64,000 nucleotides of DNA from Yuukianura sp. NJ FZ-2021 (Eukaryota): the NCBI GenBank assembly GCA_046563655.1, contig CM102285.1, positions 5,394,001 to 5,458,000 of the forward strand, given 5' to 3'. A model generated the notes under the pieces. That model had not been told where the DNA came from and searched no databases. It worked only from the letters and a program-made list of their open reading frames with translations. This document shows, piece by piece, positions 31,051 through 46,000 of this stretch. Numbering within the stretch: position 1 is the stretch's first letter; each line of letters begins with the position of its first letter. Position numbers and translations under genes: made by a program.

Positions 31051-34000
31051 AGTAGTGACGCTAACGCTAAAAATTGAGAAAAAAAGGTCTTCGTGGCACT
31101 GTAAAATCGAAAATTGTTGGTGTCAGCCTCACTGAAATTCAGCTGTATGCACTAATTCCGGCTCTACTATGTGTTCACTAAACAGAGTAGGATGCTCCGG
31201 CGGACTGCAATGCTGTGAAATTAAAACTCTGAATGCAAACGAATAGAGCATGTATTTAAGAAACATGTAGTGACGCTAACGCTGAAAATTGAGGAAAAAA
31301 AGGTCTTCGTGGCACTGTAACATCGAAAATTGTTGGTCTCAGCCTCACTGAAATTCAGCTGTATGCACTAATTCCGGCTCTACTATGTGTTCACTAAACA
31401 GAGTAGGATGCGCCGGCGGACTGCAATGCTGTGAAATTAAAGCTCTGAATGCAAACGAATAGAGCATTTATTTAAGAAACATTTAGTGACGCTAACGCTG
31501 AAAATTGAGAAAAAAAGGTCTTCGTAGCACTGTAAAATCGAAAATTGTTGGTCTCAGCCTCACTGAAATTCAGCTGTATGCACTAATTCCGGCTCTACTA
31601 TGTGTTCACTACACAGAGTAGGATGCTCCGGCGGACTGCAATGCTGTGAAATTAAAACTCTGAATGCAAACGAATAGAGCATGTATTTAAGAAACATGTA
31701 CCGACTCTAACGCTGAAAATTGAGAAAAAAAGGTCTTCGTAGCACTGTAAAATCGAAAATTGTTGGTCTCAGCCTCACTGAAATTCAGCTGTATGCACTA
31801 ATTCCGGCTCTACTATGTGTTCACTAAACAGAGTAGGATGCTCCGGCGGACTGCAATGCTGTGAAATTAAAACTCTGAATGCAAACGAATAGAGCATGTA
31901 TTTAAGAAACATGTACTGACGCTAACGCTGAAAATTGAGAAAAAAAGGTCTTCGTAGCACTGTAAAATCGAAAATTGTTGGTCTCAGCCTCACTGAAATT
32001 CAGCTGTATGCACTAATTCCGGTTCTACTATGTGTTCACTAAACAGAGTAGGATGCGCCGGCGGACTGCAATGCTGTGAAATTAAAGCTCTGAATGCAAA
32101 CGAATAGAGCATTTATTTAAGAAACATTTAGTGACGCTAACGCTGAAAATTGAGAAAAAAAAGGTCTTCGTAGCACTGTAAAATCGAAAATTGTTGGTCT
32201 CAGCCTCACTTAAACTCAGCTGTATGCACTAATTCCGGCTCTACTATGTGTTCACTACACAGAGTAGGATGCTCCGGCGGACTGCAATGCTGTGAAATTA
32301 AAACTCTAAATGCAAACGAATAGAGCATTTATTTAAGAAACATGTACCGACTCTAACGCTGAAAATTGAGAAAAAAAGGTCTTCGTAGCACTATAAAATC
32401 GAAAATTGTTGGTCTCAGCCTCACTGAAATTCAGCTGTATGCACTAATTCCGGCTCTACTGTGTTCACTAAACAGAGTAGGATGCTCCGGCGGACTGCAA
32501 TGCTGTGAAATTAAAACTCTGAATGCAAACGAATAGAGCATTTATTTAAGAAACATTTAGTGACGCTAACGCTGAAAATTGAGGGAAAAAAGGTCTTCGT
32601 GGCACTGTAACATCGAAAATTGTTGGTCTCAGCCTCACTGAAATTCAGCTGTATGCACTAATTCCGGCTCTACTATGTGTTCACTAAACAGAGTAGGATG
32701 CTCCGGCGGACTGCAATGCTGTGAAATTAAAACTCTGAATGCAAACGAATAGAGCATGTATTTAAGAAACATGTACCGACTCTAACGCTGAAAATTGAGA
32801 AAAAAAGGTCTTCGTAGCACTGTAAAATCGAAAATTGTTGGTCTCAGCCTCACTGAAATTCAGCTGTATGCACTAATTCCGGCTCTACTGTGTTCACTAA
32901 ACAGAGTAGGATGCTCCGGCGGACTGCAATGCTGTGAAATTAAAACTCTGAATGCAAACGAATAGAGCATTTATTTAAGAAACATGTACCGACGCTAACG
33001 CTGAAAATTGAGAAAAAAAGGTCTTCGTAGCACTGTAAAATCGAAAATTGTTGGTCTCAGCCTCACTGAAATTCAGCTGTATGCACTAATTCCGGCTCTA
33101 CTGTGTTCACTAAACAGAGTAGGATGCTCCGGCGGACTGCAATGCTGTGAAATTAAAACTCTGAATGCAAACGAATAGAGCATTTATTTAAGAAACATTT
33201 AGTGACGCTAACGCTGAAAATTGAGAAAAAAAGGTCTTCGTAGCACTGTAAAATCGAAAATTGTTGGTCTCAGCCTCACTGAAATTCAGCTGTATGCACT
33301 AATTCCGGCTCTACTATGTGTTCACTAAACAGAGTAGGATGCTCCGGCTGACTGCAAAGCTGTGAAATTAAAACTCTGAATGCAAACGAATAGAGCATGT
33401 ATTTAAGAAACATGTACCGACGCTAACGCTGAAAATTGAGAAAAAAGGTCTTCGTAGCACTGTAAAATCGAAAATTGTTGGTCTCAGCCTCACTGAAATT
33501 CAGCTGTATGCACTAATTCCGGCTCTACTATGTGTTCACTAAACAGAGTAGGATGCTCCGGCGGACTGCAATGCTGTGAAATTAAAACTCTGAATGCAAA
33601 CGAATAGAGCATGTATTTAAGAAACATGTAGTGACGCTAACGCTGAAAATTGAGGAAAAAAGGTCTTCGTGGCACTGTAACATCGAAAATTGTTGGTCTC
33701 AGCCTCACTGAAATTCAACTGTATGCACTAATTCCGGCTCTACTATGTGTTCACTAAACAGAGTAGGATGCGCCGGCGGACTGCAATGCTGTGAAATTAA
33801 AGCTCTGAATGCAAACGAATAGAGCATTTATTTAAGAAACATTTAGTGACGCTAACGCTGAAAATTGAGAAAAAAGGTCTTCGTAGCACTGTAAAATCGA
33901 AAATTGTTGGTCTCAGCCTCACTTAAACTCAGCTGTATGCACTAATTCCGGCTCTACTATGTGTTCACTACACAGAGTAGGATGCTCCGGCGGACTGCAA

Positions 34001-37000
34001 TGCTGTGAAATTAAAACTCTAAATGCAAACGAATAGAGCATTTATTTAAGAAACATGTACCGACTATAACGCTGAAAATTGAGAAAAAAGGTCTTCGTAG
34101 CACTATAAAATCGAAAATTGTTGGTCTCAGCCTCACTGAAATTCAGCTGTATGCACTAATTCCGGCTCTACTGTGTTCACTAAACAGAGTAGGATGCTCC
34201 GGCGGACTGCAATGCTGTGAAATTAAAACTCTGAATGCAAACGAATAGAGCATTTATTTAAGAAACATTTAGTGACGCTAACGCTGAAAATTGAGAAAAA
34301 AAGGTCTTCATAGCACTGTAAAATCGAAAATTGTTGGTCTCAGCCTCACTGAAATTCAGCTGTATGCACTAATTCCGGATCTACTATGTGTTCACTAAAC
34401 AGAGTAGGATGCTCCGGCGGACTGCAAAGCTGTGAAATTAAAACTCTGAATGCAAACGAATAGAGCATGTATTTAAGAAACATGTACCGACGCTAACGCT
34501 GAAAATTGAGAAAAAAGGTCTTCGTAGCACTGTAAAATCGAAAATTGTTGGTCTCAGCCTCACTGAAATTCAGCTGTATGCACTAATTCCGGCTCTACTA
34601 TGTGTTCACTAAACAGAGTAGGATGCTCCGGCGGACTGCAATGCTGCGAAATTAAAACTCTGAATGCAAACGAATAGAGCATGTATTTAAGAAACATGTA
34701 GTGACGCTAACGCTGAAAATTGAGGAAAAAAGGTCTTCGTGGCACTGTAACATCGAAAATTGTTGGTCTCAGCCTCACTGAAATTCAGCTGTATGCACTA
34801 ATTCCGGCTCTACTGTGTTCACTAAACAGAGTAGGATGCTCCGGCGGACTGCAATGCTGTGAAATTAAAACTCTGAATGCAAACGAATAGAGCATTTATT
34901 TAAGAAACATTTAGTGACGCTAACGCTGAAAATTGAGAAAAAAGGTCTTCGTAGCACTGTAAAATCGAAAATTGTTGGTCTCAGCCTCACTGAAATTCAG
35001 CTGTATGCACTAATTCCGGCTCTACTATGTGTTCACTAAACAGAGTAGGATGCTCCGGCGGACTGCAAAGCTGTGAAATTAAAACTCTGAATGCAAACGA
35101 ATAGAGCATGTATTTAAGAAACATGTACCGACGCTAACGCTGAAAATTGAGAAAAAAAGGTCTTCGTAGCACTGTAAAATCGAAAATTGTTGGTCTCAGC
35201 CTCACTGAAATTCAGCTGTATGCACTAATTCCGGCTCTACTATTTATTCACTAAACAGAGTAGGATGCTCCGGCGGACTGCAATGCTGTAAAATTAAAAC
35301 TCTGAATGCAAACGAATAGAGCATGTATTTAAGAAACATGTAGTGACGCTAACGCTGAAAATTGAGGAAAAAAGGTCTTCGTGGCACTGTAACATCGAAA
35401 ATTGTTGGTCTCAGCCTCACTGAAATTCAGCTGTATGCACTAATTCCGGCTCTACTATGTGTTCACTAAACAGAGCAGGATGCGCCGGCGGACTGCAATG
35501 CTGTGAAATTAAAGCTCTGAATGCAAACGAATAGAGCATTTATTTAAGAAACATGTACCGACGCTAACGCTGAAAATTGAGAAAAAAAGGTCTTCGTAGC
35601 ACTGTAAAATCGAAAATTGTTGGTCTCAGCCTCACTGAAATTCAGCTGTATGCACTAATTCCGGCTCTACTATGTGTTCACTAAACAGAGTAGGATGCTC
35701 CGGCGGACTGCAAAGCTGTGAAATTAAAACTCTGAATGCAAACGAATAGAGCATGTATTTAAGAAACATGTACCGACGCTAACGCTGAAAATTGAGAAAA
35801 AAGGTCTTCGTAGCACTGTAAAATCGAAAATTGTTGGTCTCAGCCTCACTGAAATTCAGCTGTATGCACTAATTCCGGCTCTACTATGTGTTCACTAAAC
35901 AAAGTAGGATGCTCCGGCGGACTGCAATGCTATGAAATTAAAATTCTGAATGCAAACGAATAGAGCAAGTATTTAAGAAACATGTACTGACGCTAACGCT
36001 GAAAATTGAGAAAAAAAAGGTCTTCGTAGCACTGTAAAATCGAAAATTGTTGGTCTCAGCCTCACTGAAATTCAGCTGTATGCACTAATTCCGGCTCTAC
36101 TATGTGTTCACTAAACAGAGTAGGATGCGCCGGCGGACTGCAATGCTGTGAAATTAAAGCTCTGAATGCAAACGAATAGAGCATTTATTTAAGAAACAGT
36201 TAGTGACGCTAACGCTGAAAATTGAGAAAAAAAAGGTCTTCGTAGCACTGTAAAATCGAAAATTGTTGGTCTCAGCCTCACTTAAACTCAGCTGTATGCA
36301 CTAATTCCGGCTCTACTATGTGTTCACTACACAGAGTAGGATGCTCCGGCGGACTGCAATGCTGTGAAATTAAAACTCTGAATGCAAACGAATAGAGCAT
36401 TTATTTAAGAAACATTTAGTGACGCTAACGCTGAAAATTGAGGAAAAAAGGTCTTCGTGGCACTGTAACATCGAAAATTGTTGGTCTCAGCCTCACTGAA
36501 ATTCAGCTGTATGCACTAATTCCGGCTCTACTATGTGTTCACTAAACAGAGTAGGATGCTCCGGCGGACTGCAATGCTGTGAAATTAAAACTCTGAATGC
36601 AAACGAATAGAGCATTTATTTAAGAAACATGTACCGACGCTAACGCTGAAAATTGAGAAAAAAGGTCTTCGTAGCACTGTAAAATCGAAAATTGTTGGTC
36701 TCAGCCTCACTGAAATTCAGCTGTATGCACTAATTCCGGCTCTACTATGTGTTCACTAAACAGAGTAGGATGCTCCGGCGGACTGCAATGCTGTGAAATT
36801 AAAACTCTGAATGCAAACGAATAGAGCATGTATTTAAGAAACATGTACTGACGCTAACGCTGAAAATTGAGAAAAAAAGGTCTTCGTAGCACTGTAAAAT
36901 CGAAAATTGTTGGTCTCAGCCTCACTGAAATTCAGCTGTATGCACTAATTCCGGCTCTACTATTTATTCACTAAACAGAGTAGGATGCTCCGGCGGACTG

Positions 37001-40000
37001 CAATGCTGTAAAATTAAAACTCTGAATGCAAACGAATAGAGCATGTATTTAAGAAACATGTAGTGACGCTAACGCTGAAAATTGAGGAAAAAAGGTCTTC
37101 GTGGCACTGTAACATCGAAAATTGTTGGTCTCAGCCTCACTGAAATTCAGCTGTATGCACTAATTCCGGCTCTACTATGTGTTCACTAAACAGAGTAGGA
37201 TGCGCCGGCGGACTGCAATGCTGTGAAATTAAAGCTCTGAATGCAAACGAATAGAGCATTTATTTAAGAAACATTTAGTGACGCTAACGCTGAAAATTGA
37301 GAAAAAAAGGTCTTCGTAGCACTGTAAAATCGAAAATTGTTGGTCTCAGCCTCACTGAAATTCAGCTGTATGCACTAATTCCGGCTCTACTATGTGTTCA
37401 CTACACAGAGTAGGATGCTCCGGCGGACTGCAATGCTGTGAAATTAAAACTCTGAATGCAAACGAATAGAGCATGTATTTAAGAAACATGTACCGACTCT
37501 AACGCTGAAAATTGAGAAAAAAAGGTCTTCGTAGCACTGTAAAATCGAAAATTGTTGGTCTCAGCCTCACTGAAATTCAGCTGTATGCACTAATTCCGGC
37601 TCTACTATGTGTTCACTAAACAGAGTAGGATGCTCCGGCGGACTGCAATGCTGTGAAATTAAAACTCTGAATGCAAACGAATAGAGCATGTATTTAAGAA
37701 ACATGTACTGACGCTAACGCTGAAAATTGAGAAAAAAAGGTCTTCGTAGCACTGTAAAATCGAAAATTGTTGGTCTCAGCCTCACTGAAATTCAGCTGTA
37801 TGCACTAATTCCGGTTCTACTATGTGTTCACTAAACAGAGTAGGATGCGCCGGCGGACTGCAATGCTGTGAAATTAAAGCTCTGAATGCAAACGAATAGA
37901 GCATTTATTTAAGAAACATTTAGTGACGCTAACGCTGAAAATTGAGAAAAAAAAGGTCTTCGTAGCACTGTAAAATCGAAAATTGTTGGTCTCAGCCTCA
38001 CTTAAACTCAGCTGTATGCACTAATTCCGGCTCTACTATGTGTTCACTACACAGAGTAGGATGCTCCGGCGGACTGCAATGCTGTGAAATTAAAACTCTA
38101 AATGCAAACGAATAGAGCATTTATTTAAGAAACATGTACCGACTATAACGCTGAAAATTGAGAAAAAAGGTCTTCGTAGCACTATAAAATCGAAAATTGT
38201 TGGTCTCAGCCTCACTGAAATTCAGCTGTATGCACTAATTCCGGCTCTACTGTGTTCACTAAACAGAGTAGGATGCTCCGGCGGACTGCAATGCTGTGAA
38301 ATTAAAACTCTGAATGCAAACGAATAGAGCATTTATTTAAGAAACATTTAGTGACGCTAACGCTGAAAATTGAGAAAAAAAGGTCTTCATAGCACTGTAA
38401 AATCGAAAATTGTTGGTCTCAGCCTCACTGAAATTCAGCTGTATGCACTAATTCCGGATCTACTATGTGTTCACTAAACAGAGTAGGATGCTCCGGCGGA
38501 CTGCAAAGCTGTGAAATTAAAACTCTGAATGCAAACGAATAGAGCATGTATTTAAGAAACATGTACCGACGCTAACGCTGAAAATTGAGAAAAAAAGGTC
38601 TTCGTAGCACTGTAAAATCGAAAATTGTTGGTCTCAGCCTCACTGAAATTCAGCTGTATGCACTAATTCCGGCTCTACTATGTGTTCACTAAACAGAGTA
38701 GGATGCTCCGGCGGACTGCAATGCTGTGAAATTAAAACTCTGAATGCAAACGAATAGAGCATGTATTTAAGAAACATGTACCGACTCTAACGCTGAAAAT
38801 TGAGAAAAAAAGGTCTTCGTAGCACTGTAAAATCGAAAATTGTTGGTCTCAGCCTCACTGAAATTCAGCTGTATGCACTAATTCCGGCTCTACTATGTGT
38901 TCACTAAACAGAGTAGGATGCTCCGGCGGACTGCAATGCTGTGAAATTAAAACTCTGAATGCAAACGAATAGAGCATTTATTTAAGAAACATGTACCGAC
39001 GCTAACGCTGAAAATTGAGAAAAAAAGGTCTTCGTAGCACTGTAAAATCGAAAATTGTTGGTCTCAGCCTCACTGAAATTCAGCTGTATGCACTAATTCC
39101 GGCTCTACTGTGTTCACTAAACAGAGTAGGATGCTCCGGCGGACTGCAATGCTGTGAAATTAAAACTCTGAATGCAAACGAATAGAGCATTTATTTAAGA
39201 AACATTTAGTGACGCTAACGCTGAAAATTGAGAAAAAAAGGTCTTCGTAGCACTGTAAAATCGAAAATTGTTGGTCTCAGCCTCACTGAAATTCAGCTGT
39301 ATGCACTAATTCCGGCTCTACTATGTGTTCACTAAACAGAGTAGGATGCTCCGGCTGACTGCAAAGCTGTGAAATTAAAACTCTGAATGCAAACGAATAG
39401 AGCATGTATTTAAGAAACATGTACCGACGCTAACGCTGAAAATTGAGAAAAAATGGTCTTCGTAGCACTGTAAAATCGAAAATTGTTGGTCTCAGCCTCA
39501 CTGAAATTCAGCTGTATGCACTAATTCCGGCTCTACTATGTGTTCACTAAACAGAGTAGGATGCTCCGGCGGACTGCAATGCTGTGAAATTAAAACTCTG
39601 AATGCAAACGAATAGAGCATGTATTTAAGAAACATGTAGTGACGCTAACGCTGAAAATTGAGGAAAAAAGGTCTTCGTGGCACTGTAACATCGAAAATTG
39701 TTGGTCTCAGCCTCACTGAAATTCAACTGTATGCACTAATTCCGGCTCTACTATGTGTTCACTAAACAGAGTAGGATGCGCCGGCGGACTGCAATGCTGT
39801 GAAATTAAAGCTCTGAATGCAAACGAATAGAGCATTTATTTAAGAAACATTTAGTGACGCTAACGCTGAAAATTGAGAAAAAAAGGTCTTCGTAGCACTA
39901 TAAAATCGAAAATTGTTGGTCTCAGCCTCACTGAAATTCAGCTGTATGCACTAATTCCGGCTCTACTGTGTTCACTAAACAGAGTAGGATGCTCCGGCGG

Positions 40001-43000
40001 ACTGCAATGCTGTGAAATTAAAACTCTGAATGCAAACGAATAGAGCATTTATTTAAGAAACATTTAGTGACGCTAACGCTGAAAATTGAGAAAAAAAGGT
40101 CTTCATAGCACTGTAAAATCGAAAATTGTTGGTCTCAGCCTCACTGAAATTCAGCTGTATGCACTAATTCCGGATCTACTATGTGTTCACTAAACAGAGT
40201 AGGATGCTCCGGCGGACTGCAAAGCTGTGAAATTAAAACTCTGAATGCAAACGAATAGAGCATGTATTTAAGAAACATGTACCGACGCTAACGCTGAAAA
40301 TTGAGAAAAAAAGGTCTTCGTAGCACTGTAAAATCGAAAATTGTTGGTCTCAGCCTCACTGAAATTCAGCTGTATGCACTAATTCCGGCTCTACTATGTG
40401 TTCACTAAACAGAGTAGGATGCTCCGGCGGACTGCAATGCTGCGAAATTAAAACTCTGAATGCAAACGAATAGAGCATGTATTTAAGAAACATGTAGTGA
40501 CGCTAACGCTGAAAATTGAGGAAAAAAGGTCTTCGTGGCACTGTAACATCGAAAATTGTTGGTCTCAGCCTCACTGAAATTCAGCTGTATGCACTAATTC
40601 CGGCTCTACTGTGTTCACTAAACAGAGTAGGATGCTCCGGCGGACTGCAATGCTGTGAAATTAAAACTCTGAATGCAAACGAATAGAGCATTTATTTAAG
40701 AAACATTTAGTGACGCTAACGCTGAAAATTGAGAAAAAAGGTCTTCGTAGCACTGTAAAATCGAAAATTGTTGGTCTCAGCCTCACTGAAATTCAGCTGT
40801 ATGCACTAATTCCGGCTCTACTATGTGTTCACTAAACAGAGTAGGATGCTCCGGCGGACTGCAAAGCTGTGAAATTAAAACTCTGAATGCAAACGAATAG
40901 AGCATGTATTTAAGAAACATGTACCGACGCTAACGCTGAAAATTGAGAAAAAAAGGTCTTCGTAGCACTGTAAAATCGAAAATTGTTGGTCTCAGCCTCA
41001 CTGAAATTCAGCTGTATGCACTAATTCCGGCTCTACTATTTATTCACTAAACAGAGTAGGATGCTCCGGCGGACTGCAATGCTGTAAAATTAAAACTCTG
41101 AATGCAAACGAATAGAGCATGTATTTAAGAAACATGTAGTGACGCTAACGCTGAAAATTGAGGAAAAAAGGTCTTCGTGGCACTGTAACATCGAAAATTG
41201 TTGGTCTCAGCCTCACTGAAATTCAGCTGTATGCACTAATTCCGGCTCTACTATGTGTTCACTAAACAGAGCAGGATGCGCCGGCGGACTGCAATGCTGT
41301 GAAATTAAAGCTCTGAATGCAAACGAATAGAGCATTTATTTAAGAAACATGTACCGACGCTAACGCTGAAAATTGAGAAAAAAGGTCTTCGTAGCACTGT
41401 AAAATCGAAAATTGTTGGTCTCAGCCTCACTGAAATTCAGCTGTATGCACTAATTCCGGCTCTACTATGTGTTCACTAAACAGAGTAGGATGCTCCGGCG
41501 GACTGCAAAGCTGTGAAATTAAAACTCTGAATGCAAACGAATAGAGCATGTATTTAAGAAACATGTACCGACGCTAACGCTGAAAATTGAGAAAAAAAGG
41601 TCTTCGTAGCACTGTAAAATCGAAAATTGTTGGTCTCAGCCTCACTGAAATTCAGCTGTATGCACTAATTCCGGCTCTACTATGTGTTCACTAAACAAAG
41701 TAGGATGCTCCGGCGGACTGCAATGCGATGAAATTAAAATTCTGAATGCAAACGAATAGAGCAAGTATTTAAGAAACATGTACTGACGCTAACGCTGAAA
41801 ATTGAGAAAAAAAAGGTCTTCGTAGCACTGTAAAATCGAAAATTGTTGGTCTCAGCCTCACTGAAATTCAGCTGTATGCACTAATTCCGGCTCTACTATG
41901 TGTTCACTAAACAGAGTAGGATGCGCCGGCGGACTGCAATGCTGTGAAATTAAAGCTCTGAATGCAAACGAATAGAGCATTTATTTAAGAAACAGTTAGT
42001 GACGCTAACGCTGAAAATTGAGAAAAAAAAGGTCTTCGTAGCACTGTAAAATCGAAAATTGTTGGTCTCAGCCTCACTTAAACTCAGCTGTATGCACTAA
42101 TTCCGGCTCTACTATGTGTTCACTACACAGAGTAGGATGCTCCGGCGGACTGCAATGCTGTGAAATTAAAACTCTGAATGCAAACGAATAGAGCATTTAT
42201 TTAAGAAACATTTAGTGACGCTAACGCTGAAAATTGAGGAAAAAAAGGTCTTCGTGGCACTGTAACATCGAAAATTGTTGGTCTCAGCCTCACTGAAATT
42301 CAGCTGTATGCACTAATTCCGGCTCTACTATGTGTTCACTAAACAGAGTAGGATGCTCCGGCGGACTGCAATGCTGTGAAATTAAAACTCTGAATGCAAA
42401 CGAATAGAGCATTTATTTAAGAAACATGTACCGACGCTAACGCTGAAAATTGAGAAAAAAAGGTCTTCGTAGCACTGTAAAATCGAAAATTGTTGGTCTC
42501 AGCCTCACTGAAATTCAGCTGTATGCACTAATTCCGGCTCTACTATGTGTTCACTAAACAGAGTAGGATGCTCCGGCGGACTGCAATGCTGTGAAATTAA
42601 AACTCTGAATGCAAACGAATAGAGCATGTATTTAAGAAACATGTACTGACGCTAACGCTGAAAATTGAGAAAAAAAGGTCTTCGTAGCACTGTAAAATCG
42701 AAAATTGTTGGTCTCAGCCTCACTGAAATTCAGCTGTATGCACTAATTCCGGCTCTACTATTTATTCACTAAACAGAGTAGGATGCTCCGGCGGACTGCA
42801 ATGCTGTAAAATTAAAACTCTGAATGCAAACGAATAGAGCATGTATTTAAGAAACATGTAGTGACGCTAACGCTGAAAATTGAGGAAAAAAAGGTCTTCG
42901 TGGCACTGTAACATCGAAAATTGTTGGTCTCAGCCTCACTGAAATTCAGCTGTATGCACTAATTCCGGCTCTACTATGTGTTCACTAAACAGAGCAGGAT

Positions 43001-46000
43001 GCGCCGGCGGACTGCAATGCTGTGAAATTAAAGCTCTGAATGCAAACGAATAGAGCATTTATTTAAGAAACATGTACCGACGCTAACGCTGAAAATTGAG
43101 AAAAAAAGGTCTTCGTAGCACTGTAAAATCGAAAATTGTTGGTCTCAGCCTCACTGAAATTCAGCTGTATGCACTAATTCCGGCTCTACTATGTGTTCAC
43201 TAAACAGAGTAGGATGCTCCGGCGGACTGCAAAGCTGTGAAATTAAAACTCTGAATGCAAACGAATAGAGCATGTATTTAAGAAACATGTACCGACGCTA
43301 ACGCTGAAAATTGAGAAAAAAAGGTCTTCGTAGCACTGTAAAATCGAAAATTGTTGGTCTCAGCCTCACTGAAATTCAGCTGTATGCACTAATTCCGGCT
43401 CTACTATGTGTTCACTAAACAGAGTAGGATGCTCCGGCGGACTGCAATGCTGTGAAATTAAAACTCTGAATGCAAACGAATAGAGCATGTATTTAAGAAA
43501 CATGTAGTGACGCTAACGCTGAAAATTGAGGAAAAAAAGGTCTTCGTGGCACTGTAACATCGAAAATTGTTGGTCTCAGCCTCACTGAAATTCAGCTGTA
43601 TGCACTAATTCCGGCTCTACTATGTGTTCACTAAACAGAGTAGGATGCGCCGGCGGACTGCAATGCTGTGAAATTAAAGCTCTGAATGCAAACGAATAGA
43701 GCATTTATTTAAGAAACATTTAGTGACGCTAACGCTGAAAATTGAGAAAAAAAAGGTCTTCGTAGCACTGTAAAATCGAAAATTGTTGGTCTCAGCCTCA
43801 CTTAAACTCAGCTGTATGCACTAATTCCGGCTCTACTGTGTTCACTAAACAGAGTAGGATGCTCCGGCGGACTGCAATGCTGTGAAATTAAAACTCTGAA
43901 TGCAAACGAATAGAGCATTTATTTAAGAAACATGTACCGACGCTAACGCTGAAAATTGAGAAAAAAGGTCTTCGTAGCACTGTAAAATCGAAAATTGTTG
44001 GTCTCAGCCTCACTGAAATTCAGCTGTATGCACTAATTCCGGCTCTACTATGTGTTCACTAAACAGAGTAGGATGCTCCGGCGGACTGCAATGCTGTGAA
44101 ATTAAAACTCTGAATGCAAACGAATAGAGCATTTATTTAAGAAACATGTACCGACGCTAACGCTGAAAATTGAGAAAAAAAGGTCTTCGTAGCACTGTAA
44201 AATCGAAAATTGTTGGTCTCAGCCTCACTGAAATTCAGCTGCATGCACTAATTCCGGCTCTACTGTGTTCACTAAACAGAGTAGGATGCTCCGGCGGACT
44301 GCAATGCTGTGAAATTAAAACTCTGAATGCAAACGAATAGAGCATTTATTTAAGAAACATTTAGTGACGCTAACGCTGAAAATTGAGAAAAAAAGGTCTT
44401 CGTAGCACTGTAAAATCGAAAATTGTTGGTCTCAGCCTCACTGAAATTCAGCTGTATGCACTAATTCCGGCTCTACTATGTGTTCACTAAACAGAGTAGG
44501 ATGCTCCGGCGGACTGCAAAGCTGTGAAATTAAAACTCTGAATGCAAACGAATAGAGCATGTATTTAAGAAACATGTACCGACGCTAACGCTGAAAATTG
44601 AGAAAAAAGGTCTTCGTAGCACTGTAAAATCGAAAATTGTTGGTCTCAGCCTCACTGAAATTCAGCTGTATGCACTAATTCCGGCTCTACTATGTGTTCA
44701 CTAAACAGAGTAGGATGCTCCGGCGGACTGCAATGCTGTGAAATTAAAACTCTGAATGCAAACGAATAGAGCATGTATTTAAGAAACATGTAGTGACGCT
44801 AACGCTGAAAATTGAGGAAAAAAAGGTCTTCGTGGCACTGTAACATCGAAAATTGTTGGTCTCAGCCTCACTGAAATTCAGCTGTATGCACTAATTCCGG
44901 CTCTACTATGTGTTCACTAAACAGAGTAGGATGCGCCGGCGGACTGCAATGCTGTGAAATTAAAGCTCTGAATGCAAACGAATAGAGCATTTATTTAAGA
45001 AACATTTAGTGACGCTAACGCTGAAAATTGAGAAAAAAAAGGTCTTCGTAGCACTGTAAAATCGAAAATTGTTGGTCTCAGCCTCACTTAAACTCAGCTG
45101 TATGCACTAATTCCGGCTCTACTGTGTTCACTAAACAGAGTAGTATGCTCCGGCGGACTGCAATGCTGTGAAATTAAAACTCTGAATGCAAACGAATAGA
45201 GCATTTATTTAAGAAACATTTAGTGACGCTAACGCTGAAAATTGAGAAAAAAAGGTCTTCGTAGCACTGTAAAATCGAAAATTGTTGGTCTCAGCCTCAC
45301 TGAAATTCAGCTGTATGCACTAATTCCGGCTCTACTATGTGTTCACTAAACAGAGTAGGATGCTCCGGCGGACTGCAATGCTGTGAAATTCAAACTCTGA
45401 ATGCAAACGAATAGAGCATGTATTTAAGAAACATGTAGTGACGCTAACGCTGAAAATTGAGGAAAAAAGGTCTTCGTGGCACTGTAACATCGAAAATTGT
45501 TGGTCTCAGCCTCACTGAAATTCAGCTGTATGCACTAATTCCGGCTCTACTATGTGTTCACTAAACAGAGTAGGATGCGCCGGCGGACTGCAATGCTGTG
45601 AAATTAAAGCTCTGAATGCAAACGAATAGAGCATTTATTTAAGAAACTTTTAGTGACGCTAACGCTGAAAATTGAGAAAAAAAAGGTCTTCGTAGCACTG
45701 TAAAATCGAAAATTGTTGGTCTCAGCCTCACTTAAACTCAGCTGTATGCACTAATTCCGGCTCTACTATGTGTTCACTACACAGAGTAGGATGCTCCGGC
45801 GGACTGCAATGCTGTGAAATTAAAACTCTAAATGCAAACGAATAGAGCATTTATTTAAGAAACATGTACCGACTCTAACGCTGAAAATTGAGAAAAAAGG
45901 TCTTCGTAGCACTATAAAATCGAAAATTGTTGGTCTCAGCCTCACTGAAATTCAGCTGTATGCACTAATTCCGGCTCTACTGTGTTCACTAAACAGAGTA

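Noticed and set aside
30282..31058. CACTA transposon bounded by TCACTACTA...TAGTAGTGA
   Set aside because: The inverted match is only 9 bp and has no TSD. The left motif can be read as MCP codons (IVVKP), and the right motif overlaps the normal satellite monomer start.
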